Under the pieces are notes generated by a model. It was given only the letters and a program-made list of their open reading frames with translations, did not search any database and was not told the origin of the DNA. DNA of 64,000 nucleotides from assembly GCA_002633005.1 (NCBI GenBank), contig NMRA01000010.1, positions 209,846 to 273,845 of the forward strand. The letters are read 5' to 3'. Source of the DNA: Phoronis australis. Lineage: Eukaryota > Animalia > Phoronida. The position numbers and the translations under genes are program-made. Shown piece by piece: positions 26,367-36,831 of this stretch (position 1 is its first letter; each line of letters opens with the position of its first letter).

Positions 26367-28508
26367 TTACGAAACGGCCAACCATTGTTTATTCACCCGT
26401 ACTTTTAGCTTTGCACCATGCTTTTGTCTCATGTGTCTACCATGGCTGGAACTGTCCACAAACGACTTCTCGCATATATTGCACGTAAACGGGCGATCAC
26501 CACTGTGCAGTCTTTCGTGATAGACTAGAATCATTCTCTTTCTAAATCCTCGACCACAGTAAGAGCAAACGAAAGGTCTTTCACCTGTGTGTACACGTCT
26601 ATGAACAGACAAATTTTCTGACCTCAAGAATGACTTACCGCAGATGTCGCACGAGTGTGGCAAAACTCCAGTGTGTGATACCCGATGTTTTGCTAGCGCG
26701 TGTTCGGAAATAAATTTCTCTCCGCAAAAGCATTTGCGAGTAAATGGAGACAATGTTGGTTTCAAATGCTTATACCAGACGTGATGGGCCAGTTCGTTGC
26801 ACTGTGCAAAACGAATTTCACTCTTGCACCAATCACATTTAAAAGGGTGGGTTTCCGAGTGAGCATTTAACATGTGGTTTTCGAATTTTGTCCTGTCTGA
26901 AAACTCGTCTGTACAAATATCACACGCGAAAACTCTATAAGTACAGCGATATTTCACATGAAAGTTGTATCTCCCCTCTTCATCAAATCCGTACCAGCAT
27001 CTGCAACATTTAAATGCCCACAACTTTTTGGGAGGTTTTTTAGTTTTGGACTTGCAAACCTTGGGCTTGTGAACACTTGCATCTATGTCAGTTTCGTTAC
27101 AGGAAGACGTTGATTCATCGCCCGAGCTCCTACACTGAACATCACCCGGGTTCTTCTTGCACTGAGGACGTATTTTAAAATGTAAGTCCAATACTTTTCT
27201 GTTCAGGAAAACAAGACTACATCCCTTGCACTTGTGTAGTTTGGTGTGCAGATCTTGGTGACACCGGAGTTTTTCTTCATCATCGAATCCTTTACCACAT
27301 ATCATGCAGAACAACTGCCCCGGTTTACTCGTATGGATTCGATAATGCTTCTTGAAAGAGTCGTCGTCGTAGAAGGTTTTGCCACAAAACTCGCAAATGA
27401 GTTCGACGTGCATTTTGTGGAAATGTTTTTTCATTTCTGAATTCTTGTTAAAGCTCTCGCCGCATGCAACACAGCCGTTTGGGGGTACCTGGACATCACC
27501 TGCACTTGCAACTTTCTGTGAAACATCTCCTGCTGCCCTGAGGTGGTTAGCTTCAAGGTCAATTCCATCATTTTGATGAATATGTCTGGTGATTTGTTGG
27601 TATGGATAATTTGATGAAGGCAAGTCATCATTGCATTCTAACACGAGTTGAGTGTCTTCAAAGTTGTTATGAAAACGAGTAATTGACTGGCAGGTGTTGT
27701 AGTGATCAGTTGGTTCCTGTTTGACAACCTCAGTCTGGTTATGATGTCCGTATGGTGATTCATTTCCGAGCGAATGCGTGAGATGCGTTCTCTGAAAGTC
27801 GTGCCAATGTGGCTGATGACCGTTGTTCCACAAAGCACCACAGACGTTTCCAGTTGAAACACTCATGTTGACTGAATTTGGAAGATTACGTGGATATTGG
27901 CCAACTCGCTCAGAGTTATTACCCGGTTCCTGTCTACTACCTGCAGATTGGCCATGACGTCCAGGCAAGTCACCCAAGTGCGGCTGCGCATCGTGTCTTC
28001 TTTGAATGAATTGTGGTTGAACACCGTTATTCCACCAGGGACCGCCACCACTTCCGGTTGAAACTCTCTGATTGACCGAGTTTGCAGGAGATGGATATTC
28101 GGTAGCTGATTGACAGGCGATGGAGAAACTAACTGGGTCCTGTTTAACAACTGCAGATAGGTCGCGATGTCCAGCCCAGCCTTCCATGAGCGGTTGTGCA
28201 AGATGCGCCCCTTGACTTTCGTCCATGACTGTATTTGCACCAGTGATCCACCAGGGACCACCAGCATTTCCGGTTGACAATGAATGTAAGATTGAATTGT
28301 GTGGATAACAAGGATACCGGATACAACCTCGATTCGCGTATGGTGCCAATCCAGGTGACTGGAACTTATACGAGGCACATGCGTCGTACTGGTTTACAAA
28401 GAAACCAGAATTGACCTGTTGGTAGTTAATTGCGTTTCCAAAGTAGTGCATTGGTGTGACAGGCTGTCGTGGTGACGCTCCACAAGCCCAGGTTGGCGAA
28501 TACTCCAT
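26367..28508 (-). CDS. C2H2 zinc-finger protein, paralog 2 (11 fingers, one large coding exon)
   Basis: 713-aa ORF colinear with paralog 1 (shared FVCSYCGRGF, DESTSSCNET, LWAFKC). Acceptor TTTCAG (AG at 28524-28523) 14 nt upstream of the ATG, same as in paralog 1. Confidence 0.92.
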   Translation of the reverse strand: MEYSPTWACGASPRQPVTPMHYFGNAINYQQVNSGFFVNQYDACASYKFQSPGLAPYANRGCIRYPCYPHNSILHSLSTGNAGGPWWITGANTVMDESQGAHLAQPLMEGWAGHRDLSAVVKQDPVSFSIACQSATEYPSPANSVNQRVSTGSGGGPWWNNGVQPQFIQRRHDAQPHLGDLPGRHGQSAGSRQEPGNNSERVGQYPRNLPNSVNMSVSTGNVCGALWNNGHQPHWHDFQRTHLTHSLGNESPYGHHNQTEVVKQEPTDHYNTCQSITRFHNNFEDTQLVLECNDDLPSSNYPYQQITRHIHQNDGIDLEANHLRAAGDVSQKVASAGDVQVPPNGCVACGESFNKNSEMKKHFHKMHVELICEFCGKTFYDDDSFKKHYRIHTSKPGQLFCMICGKGFDDEEKLRCHQDLHTKLHKCKGCSLVFLNRKVLDLHFKIRPQCKKNPGDVQCRSSGDESTSSCNETDIDASVHKPKVCKSKTKKPPKKLWAFKCCRCWYGFDEEGRYNFHVKYRCTYRVFACDICTDEFSDRTKFENHMLNAHSETHPFKCDWCKSEIRFAQCNELAHHVWYKHLKPTLSPFTRKCFCGEKFISEHALAKHRVSHTGVLPHSCDICGKSFLRSENLSVHRRVHTGERPFVCSYCGRGFRKRMILVYHERLHSGDRPFTCNICEKSFVDSSSHGRHMRQKHGAKLKVRVNKQWLAVS

Positions 28509-29183
28509 CTGACAGGTGGGACCTGAAAGGCACGAAATGGGGTGAGGGAGGCAGGAATTTGGTTCTTTGAGAGGAATTAATTAATACACAAGGCCGCCCT
28601 TGGAAAAATGTGGACATTTGATGATTATGCGTCAATGTGTAATAAACCAGTCTACTAGAAAAAAATTAATTTGGTCACCTACAATTACAATAAAGCTTGA
28701 GCTTGTTCTATACTTAAATGAAAGTTGATTTTGGACTTGAAAATAATTGTCGCCAGTTCGTTATTTGTCGAGACCTTGCTCGGCGCATAACATGCCCGTG
28801 GTGACAAGCCAATTTGTTAAGCTCCGTCTTTACTTGTAGAGAACTGTCAGCTCCTTCTTAGCCTATATTTGAATTAAAGTTTCTTCTTTCGGACTTACTG
28901 GCAGCTCTTAACGCATTGTTCTTCCCTCACAAGAAAAGTCACGGATGGTGAAATGTGTCAACCAACACGAGTGTAGTGTCGACATGGATCCCTTGGACAA
29001 AATCCTGGATCCGTGCCTGGAACCGTTTTCCACAATGACCTTAAGTAAGTTCGATGTGATTTGCCTTCAAATGCTTTGTCTTAAGAAAATTTGTTTACCA
29101 CACATTGGACAAAGGTATAATTGCTATTCCGGAGCAGCATCGGAAAGTTCTCTGTCAGAATATAGTCTGACAGTATTATTAGT

Positions 29184-30209
29184 TGTATTGTTTTGTTTTG
29201 TTATTCAGTTTGATTGGTATGACCCCTGAGTTAAGTACTACAGAATAGTATGGAACTTTCTAGTAGACTTTGTTCAGTAGTAATGATGTAATTTGTTTAC
29301 TGCAGTATAGTGTGGAACTTTCTAGAAGATTCTAGCATGACAGTGGTTAATGCAGTCTGGAATATTCTAGAGACTAGTTTGTAGAATGGTTGGGTAGATT
29401 CAGGAAAGTTCTAGAATGTGCTTGAATTAATGTAAAGTTCTAGAACAATGCATTAGGCTATAAACCACGGGTTTGTGTTAGTCAGATCAAGTCAGTTCAA
29501 GAGAAGATCAAGTCGGTTCAAGAAAGTTAATCAGGAGAATTACAGTTGAGTTGCAGTGAACAGAATCAGCAGTTACAGCGACAGTCAATAGAGAGCCAGC
29601 TATAGAGACAGCAGGTTATTGAATCGACGAGTGTAACAGTTGCTGAACGTGTCTCAGAAGTTCATCACAAGTCAAGGCTTCGCAGCACTGGCTGGAGCAT
29701 AAACAGACATTACGTCGGACGTTTTGTTTAAGTAGGCTTGTGAACATACGGTCGGGATTAATAAAGGATTAACTCGAACCAGTCTTCAATCAATCGTCGC
29801 ACCGAAAGCTATAGCACCACTGCACCAGTCTGTAACAACCTGTGCCCACAAACACACACGGGGAAAAACGTGACATTCTCGCTCCGTGGAACAGAAGTGG
29901 TAGAGAAATTGAACCATACCACAGAAATGGCGGCTACATGGCCGATAATAATGGCTTTCCGACGCGGAATTAATGTCCTCCTCAAAATTTTCGACGTGCT
30001 GTGCGTTCTGGTCCACATGGTTCAGGCATATTGTTGCTTTTCAGAGTTGACACCTCTTTGAAAGTTATTGGTACTCAGAGCTGTTAGTGAACTGCGGTGC
30101 ATCATTACTGAGTGTCCGATAGATGTACATTAAAAGATTGCGTTATCAACCGGTAGTGAGAGTCGCATTCAATGGGTTTTCTTTTCGCAATTGAATTCTG
30201 TTAACAACA
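29184..30209 (+). mobile_element. Probable solo LTR
   Basis: Begins TGT, ends ACA, ~1 kb; repeated TTCTAGAA motifs, TATAAA at 29459, AATAAA at 29760. No clear TSD, so boundaries are approximate. Confidence 0.5.
29253..29464 (+). promoter_or_regulatory. Cluster of heat-shock-element consensus sites followed by a TATA box
   Basis: GAActTTCtaGAAgaTTC (29315-29332), TTCagGAAagTTCtaGAA (29399-29416), GAAtaTTCtaGAg (29360), GAActTTCtaGtA (29253), TTCtaGAA (29438); TATAAA 29459-29464. Confidence 0.55.
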
Positions 30210-32299
30210 AGGACCCTTAAACATGCAATCACATACAATCTAGTACTTCAGGGAAAAAGGTATTTTTTACAAGATGCAAAAATATTCATACAACAGAAAT
30301 CCTAAGGTGCTCTAGAGTATAGCGAATAACAAGAGACCTGAAGGAATACATGTCAAGTTGCTACTGCGCTGGAATCAACATCTCATTTCTGCTCTGACCT
30401 GCTATGCTGTGTTGGGTGTTGAAAAAGCCGAAACCGGGAATTTTCAAGCGGTAGGAATCTGTCACATACTTTATTGAGCATTTTTGTCACACCCTCACTG
30501 GCTGTAGGCACTCTTTTTGTGTTTTTTAGAGTATTGGGTCATTGGGTGGCTTGTATGAAATTATTTCATAGCAAATTGTTAAGGATGCCATTTATCATTA
30601 AACTGTGAATATGCAAATGAGGTACTGATTTACAAACAACCCCGGGTTTTCCGGTGGGTCCGAATAATCTCGCTGGTTTCCTGCGCGCCGCTGGGTGATA
30701 GCCAGCACGCAGGTATCATTTAATTTTTCTCGGGAATTTTTTTTACACCGGTGTTTCTCAACAGGTAGCGCTGATGGAAGAAGTGTAAATGTGGTCTGTT
30801 GTACCATAGACTATAGTACAATCTATGGTTGTACAGACAAATCGGTGCTTAAAATTTATGTTCAGGAAATCTGAATCCCAGAAATTGTGGTTGCGCCTTT
30901 TCAGAGTGCATCTTTCTACCCTCGCTAACTTGTGTTCACGTTGCTCATTGGGGCGTTCTGCCGTTGAGTGACTTAACCAAACCTGGAGCGGTTGTGAGCA
31001 TGTGATGACACCTAGCTCCTTTGTCAACTGCCAAGCACAGTCTTTTGTCTGATATGGCAACATGCCAGGCTTATTACAGACCACGTGTGAAAACAATCAA
31101 ACCCAGTACGTTAGGAAAGAATAGATTGTCATAACTTCGGTTGTAGTTGGGCGATTTAGGTGATTCAGAAACTAAACATGATCAGAATTTGACGAGGAAT
31201 TCAGAAATGCTTTTGGTTTGCGTTCAAATATGTCATAACTTAACTTTTATCTTTAACAGCACAGCGCAGCCAGGATCATTGTCTACTTTGCATACTGACA
31301 ATCCCACATGCGCCGGCAGTTGGACATTGCTAATCGGCGAACCTTTCGATAGTGATGTAATGAAAATCTGAGAAGTTTACTTTTTGTAAGGGAGTTCCGT
31401 CACTATTAAGCTGTAAATGTTGAATTTTCAACCGAAACGCTTTGAGATTAATAACATTTATCACGTTGCACACAGTTCATATTCAATCCTTAACGAATGA
31501 GCCGAGTACTCACAAGGCAATTTACATCGCCTCCAACCAAAGTGCTACGTATTACCCAAGGACTCACAAGCCACGCAATTCACGTGACAAGTACGACTGT
31601 CTACCCGCAATACACACTGAATTATTTTTTCGAGTGCCTAATGGTTCCTACTTTCTACTTAATTGTCGAAGGAAATAACTATCACAGTAGGCCAATGGTG
31701 ATTCCGAGACCGTCGAGATACAAACTTTAGTTAATTTAGTCAAACATCCATAATGATGCACACTGGACTACTTAACTTGTTTTCATGTATCTGGGCGTGT
31801 TTAACACGGATTGACAGGTAGTATAGTGGTCCAAATTTCGAGAACTAGTTTCCTTTTAAATTCAATGGAGGTAATGCCAACAGAGGCGATGGTCATTGCC
31901 TATGGAGGTAAATGCGTATCAAGACACAAGAGCACTATACTTTGCCAGTACCAGTTATGTGTAGTAACTGGCACCCAATGAATATACTAAGTTTGGAATC
32001 TCATGAGCGCCACAGTTACAAAGCCAATCGAGTAATAGTGTTTGGGTTGGAATAAAGTAGACCACTGACCTTACCCGAATGGTATACGGAGGGTAATCGG
32101 CACATCCACCGCACTTCTTGTAAACAGTTTTCAGCCGTCATCAAACTTAGTAGAACTCAAGTTACAAAAGCCATGCCCACAAGTTATGAAACTCCAATTT
32201 TGTTCTCGATGAACAGGCCAGGTTGAAGGGACACGAGTTTCAGTGTGACTCAGCACTCAGCTGACCAAGTAGACCTAAACCCTAAATCAGTCAACTTAC

Positions 32300-32371
32300 C
32301 TTTGAGCAATCGAGAGGTTTATAAATCTACTACGTCCCGCACACGCTGCCTGCTAGTAAAGTGTTTCCCGG
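32300..32371 (-). other. Putative 72-nt non-coding or stop-containing cassette exon upstream of ZnF paralog 2
   Basis: Acceptor ...TTATTCAG and perfect donor AAG|GTAAGT; contains TAA in the phase-1 frame. Confidence 0.35.
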
Positions 32372-32964
32372 CTGAATAATGAATAGGTCAGATTTATCTG
32401 ATAGCGAATCACAAAAGAAAACGCTGGGATATTGTGATTGCCAGCAGACTGACCCATTTCGAGTCACGGCTCCAGCTGTTTATTGCGACGTGTACCGGGC
32501 CGGGGGTTATTCGACTACGGTTTTGATGAAGTGTGCAGCTAAAATATTAGGATACCCATTCTTTTTGAGAGAAGCCAAGATGAAAGTTAGTTGAATTCAA
32601 CCCAGAATTTGAAAAAATAACCATTTTGACTTTAGTTTAAAGCTGCCTTCCACCCAATGTGTAGCTGACTTAAATAGCCTTTATAAGCAACTGACGAAAA
32701 TGTGTGGCATGACGCGCTTAAATTTCAAAGCATTCTTGTGTAGTTAAGATCTCTTGGTTTAGTGCTCTATTGTGAGGTGCTGCATGCCAGTCAAGGCGTG
32801 CTACGTCAGCCAAGTACTTGGGACATATCAACTATAAGGAGCATCGTTTGCATTGATGCACGTTATTTCTCTCGCCCTGTGTTCCATATAGCAACAACCA
32901 ACATCAGGCACGTAGGAAGATAAAATTTATTGGCGATCAGGGGGGGGGGGGGACAAACCAATGA

Positions 32965-33007
32965 NNNNNNNNNNNNNNNNNNNNNNNNNNNNNNNNNNNN
33001 NNNNNNN
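32965..33007. other. Assembly gap (43 N); single Ns also at 803, 6987, 24854, 51115
   Basis: N characters, mostly next to poly-G/C tracts or repeats. Confidence 0.99.
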
Positions 33008-35334
33008 GGGGGGGGGGGGGGGGGGCGAATGCCATTACGGCGCTTTCCCGTTGAGCCCAACTTGTTCGATTGTGCTCAACAACCAGTTGGGAAGATGACC
33101 CCAGCTGTACGTAGTCTTACACGACTGATTAACTCCAATCTGGCATTTATGGTTGAGGGCCAGCTCTCTTTTGTTCGATAATTGCTCTGAGTCTCCAGTA
33201 AGATTGTATCTATAGAGTGACTGGGCTGTGCTGTTAAAAATAAAAGTTAAGTTATAACATATTTGGACATAAACCAACAGCATTTCTGAATTCCTCGTCA
33301 AATGCTGATCATGTTTAGTTTTTGAATCGCCAAAATCATAGGCATGCTCGCACATTTTTTACAGTAACCGGAGGAATATGGGAAATGGGACATCCTACGG
33401 TGTTTGGGGATTCCCTCAAGATTTTTACCCATTTTTTTGACGGTAACATGTATTTTGTTCATTTCAGAGGTTGTACCTATAACGCTTTACGAGTTAAACA
33501 TGAACTCCACATGGGCGGTGCAGCACTGAAAAAGTGAGGGACTTTCAATCCCCCAGCCCCTTATGATGCGCCGCCCGTGCGCCAAACAATCGCAGCTGAT
33601 ATCTTGCTAGTACTTTGAATACCCTCATTTGACATTTACACAGTGACTCATCAAAAACCATACCCCGACAACTTTTTCGATCCCTAGTAAACGATCTTCA
33701 ATAGCCTGGAAATACTATTCTTGCTATACTATGGGAAAAGTAACATTATTTTATAACTTCCCATCGGAAATAGTCCTTTTGTGCAATTCACAAATAATGG
33801 TCTTCACGTTCTTCAAACTTCCATCTTTTTGATGGCCGTCAATCCTGTAATTCTCGTTCGCATTTATGGTTGTTTGGGTCGAATGTATTGATGCTACCGT
33901 GCTTTGCAGGAATGTCTTTTAATGAATTCGTAATCTTAACTTCCCCTCGTGAATACTTGGTAGTGTCGGATTTACATGTATAGAGTGACAAAGAACCGCC
34001 TCACCGAAAGAGGGCCTTGTCTGAACGGGGACCCCTTGAGATGAAAGACTAAATATTTATCTAAACATCATTCAACAAAGAATGGACTCACTGGAGACAG
34101 CCCAAGAGTTGTTATCTCTGCGGCGAAGGATGTTAAAGTTGAGTCTCCGATGAGTTGCCAGCAGTCACTGGTACGGTGCGCGGCTTTAGACGCTCTGCGG
34201 CTGGGTTAAAGATCTTTTATAGGCCTAACTATCCCCAATTCCCGTACCAGGATGAATTTCAAAAAAAAGCATGGAGAAATGAGACTGTTAATTCCATCGT
34301 CGTTTGACTCTACAAAAAGTGATCTTCCTCATAATGAAAGCTGGTAGGATTTCACAAAAATAGAGGTAATCGATTCCAACATTGGGCGCTTTCTCCTTGA
34401 GCGGCCCCTTAAGAATTCATCAATAAAAACACAAAATGGGTGTCCACTTGGATGTCACCAATGCCCCCCTAAGCCGAGGGCTGGCCCCTTAAATATAAAA
34501 AGATCTGTGGATTCAAGAAGCAGGAAATGCGCAGCAATTGATGCTATCTGTCAGGTCATCAATTTTCCTCAAATGATGTAAATTTTCGAGAATATGAACG
34601 AAAAAATAGAGCAACAGATGTCTTCATTATTCTTTGCCAGAGAGGACCCTCTGGAAAAATATAGTTTGCATGTGGAAAATTGCCTAATTGAGTTTAAAAA
34701 TCCAGGGAATTAATACACTCCGCAAGAGATACGCTTTACAAGTTTTCTCGATTTTTTTCGAATGTAAATGATTAAGTGCACTTTTTCAATGGCTGCAAAT
34801 AATTTAGAGCCCCCCCTAACAGTCTCCTGCCGTGGCCAAGGCCCTCAATGCACTGGTACTGAGATGACAAATGTTCTCTTGAATGTTCTCTCTTCCCCGT
34901 ACGTGGTTCACTTTTTTCTTTTCTCGACTGCCTCAGCCCAACGAAATGTCATTTGCCACGATAACCCTGACGACAGACAATTAATATTGGGGGTGGGGGA
35001 GGCACACTCCGTTCATATCTCGCTTGTGCATAAAATCGGCAGTGTCCATAACACAGCTCATGTTTGCGTAAACTGCATCAACAATGATTCTCACTGACTG
35101 ACTAATGTCAGACATACAGTTTAGGTCAGATATAAGTAGAATAATGGTGGTAGTTATACCTCATTTATATGGATCATAGTTGGCCGGCGGGAATTATGCA
35201 CAACATTATTCCAGAATTATGTCAGAAATAAAGTGTTTAATTTCAGGCCTTATTATTATGTCTAACGTAATTCGGACACATGTCAGGCATAATTCTGATT
35301 TATGTTACACATAAACCCGAATTAAGTTGTCTCG

Positions 35335-36693
35335 TTTTTATGCACCCACATATTTACATGTGGTCGCATATTGCCGTCATCTCCCTGTCTGGGCGTCCGG
35401 GCATCCGGGCGTCCGGCGTCCGCGGCTGTATCTCCTAAAACCCTTGCAGGATCGTATTGAAATTTGGCAGGTGTGTTCCTATGGGGTCTACGACCGAGGG
35501 CGACTAGTTTCGGACCGACCCGAGTACTGCTGTGCCCCCTAGTGGCAATTTTAGTTTTTTACGTTTGCTTCTGTATCTTCAAAGGTCTTCAACCGATTTT
35601 CATTTGGTAGATAGGCATCTATTAATGAGTTGACGCTATCCTCCCGTTTTCGGATTGCTTTGATGGATTTTTCGCCATCTAGTGGCCATTTTTACTATTT
35701 TCGAGTCGTTTTATTGGCGTCCGCCCCTCCAACAACCAAACCACTCTAAGGATGATTGTGAAAATTGGCATCATTGTACGGTCTTACTATAAAGAAGACA
35801 GTTGACGAAGATTTTCCGATGACTTCGACTTCTGTGGCGCCACCTAGAGGTAGTTTTGTTTGTTTGTTTTTGCGCCCATGGCTGTATCTCCTAAACGCTC
35901 TACAGGATCTTTATTGAATTTAGCAAATGTATTTATATAAAGTTGACAACAGACGACAACGACTTTCGAACAGATCGGTCCACCGGTGTACCCCCTCAGT
36001 AGTGGCAATTTTAGTTTTTTACGTTTATTGCTGTATCTTCAAAGGTACTCAACGGATTTCCATAAAATTTGGCACATAGTCATCCATTAGTGAGGTGACG
36101 CTAGTCATTCATCTTCGGATTGATTCAAGGTTTTTTGCGCCACCTAGTGGCCATTTTTGTTGTTTTTGAATCAGTTTTGTGGCGTTCGTCCCTCTGTCAA
36201 CCAAACCACTGTAAGGATGATTGTGAAAGATGGCATGTATGTACTTTCTATGAAGGGGACGGTTGCCGATGATTTCTGATGACTGTGGTGGCTCCTAGTG
36301 GCGGTTTTGTTTTTTTGCCCCATACCTGTGTCTCCTAAGCCCTCCGATCTGCAGGATCTTTATTAAATTTAGCGCGTGAATTTATATGAAGTTAATAAGA
36401 GATGACAACTTTTAGACCGGTCCGATGAACACTGTGCCCCCTAGTGGCAATTTCGTTTATTTTGTTTTCCTCTGTTTCTCTGAAGTTGGCCTCGGCAAAT
36501 TTTAATTAAAGTTGGTAAATGGCTTTCTTTTAAAGAAACGATGACATTTTTTGGTTTTCAGACAGACGGTGTTTTGCACCATCTAGTGGCCATTTTAATG
36601 ATACAAATAAACAACCCTAAAAACACACCATTTGCGATGCATTTATTGCATTGCGGCACATTTCAACGCTCCGCGTTGCTCTGGCGTGTAGTT
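35335..36693 (+). mobile_element. Helentron/HINE-like element with eight ~150-bp internal repeats
   Basis: 5' TTTTTATGCACCCACAT...ATGTGGTCGCATA, GCGTCCG seed, tandem units, 3' hairpin CAACGC-TCC-GCGTTG followed by TAGTT. Confidence 0.65.
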
Positions 36694-36716
36694 CCACACC
36701 CAGACTGCAGGCTTAC

Positions 36717-36771
36717 CGTAAGATGACGCTGCAGCGCTTTCTTTGTAACGATTTTGTTGCATCAACTTCAT
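36717..36771 (-). other. Putative first coding exon ([18 protein letters not shown]+G) of the zinc-finger transcript(s), head-to-head with RNASEH2A
   Basis: ATG at 36771, 18 open codons plus 1 nt, donor ACG|GTAAGC. Phase 1 matches the acceptors of both ZnF exons. No transcript evidence. Confidence 0.4.
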
Positions 36772-36831
36772 TTGTTTTCTGCTCAGTGGCGGGAGTTGAT
36801 CGGTTTGTTTTGGTTGCTCTTGGTCTTGGCT

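Larger units (their letters stand above)
31150..33337. repeat. Pair of ~120-bp inverted repeats (31150-31270 and 33221-33337)
   Basis: ACTAAACATGATCAG.ATTTGACGAGGAATTCAGAAATGCT...TTAACAGCACAGC occurs on + at 31171 and on - at about 33320; the ORF track shows the same peptide on opposite strands. Confidence 0.85.
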
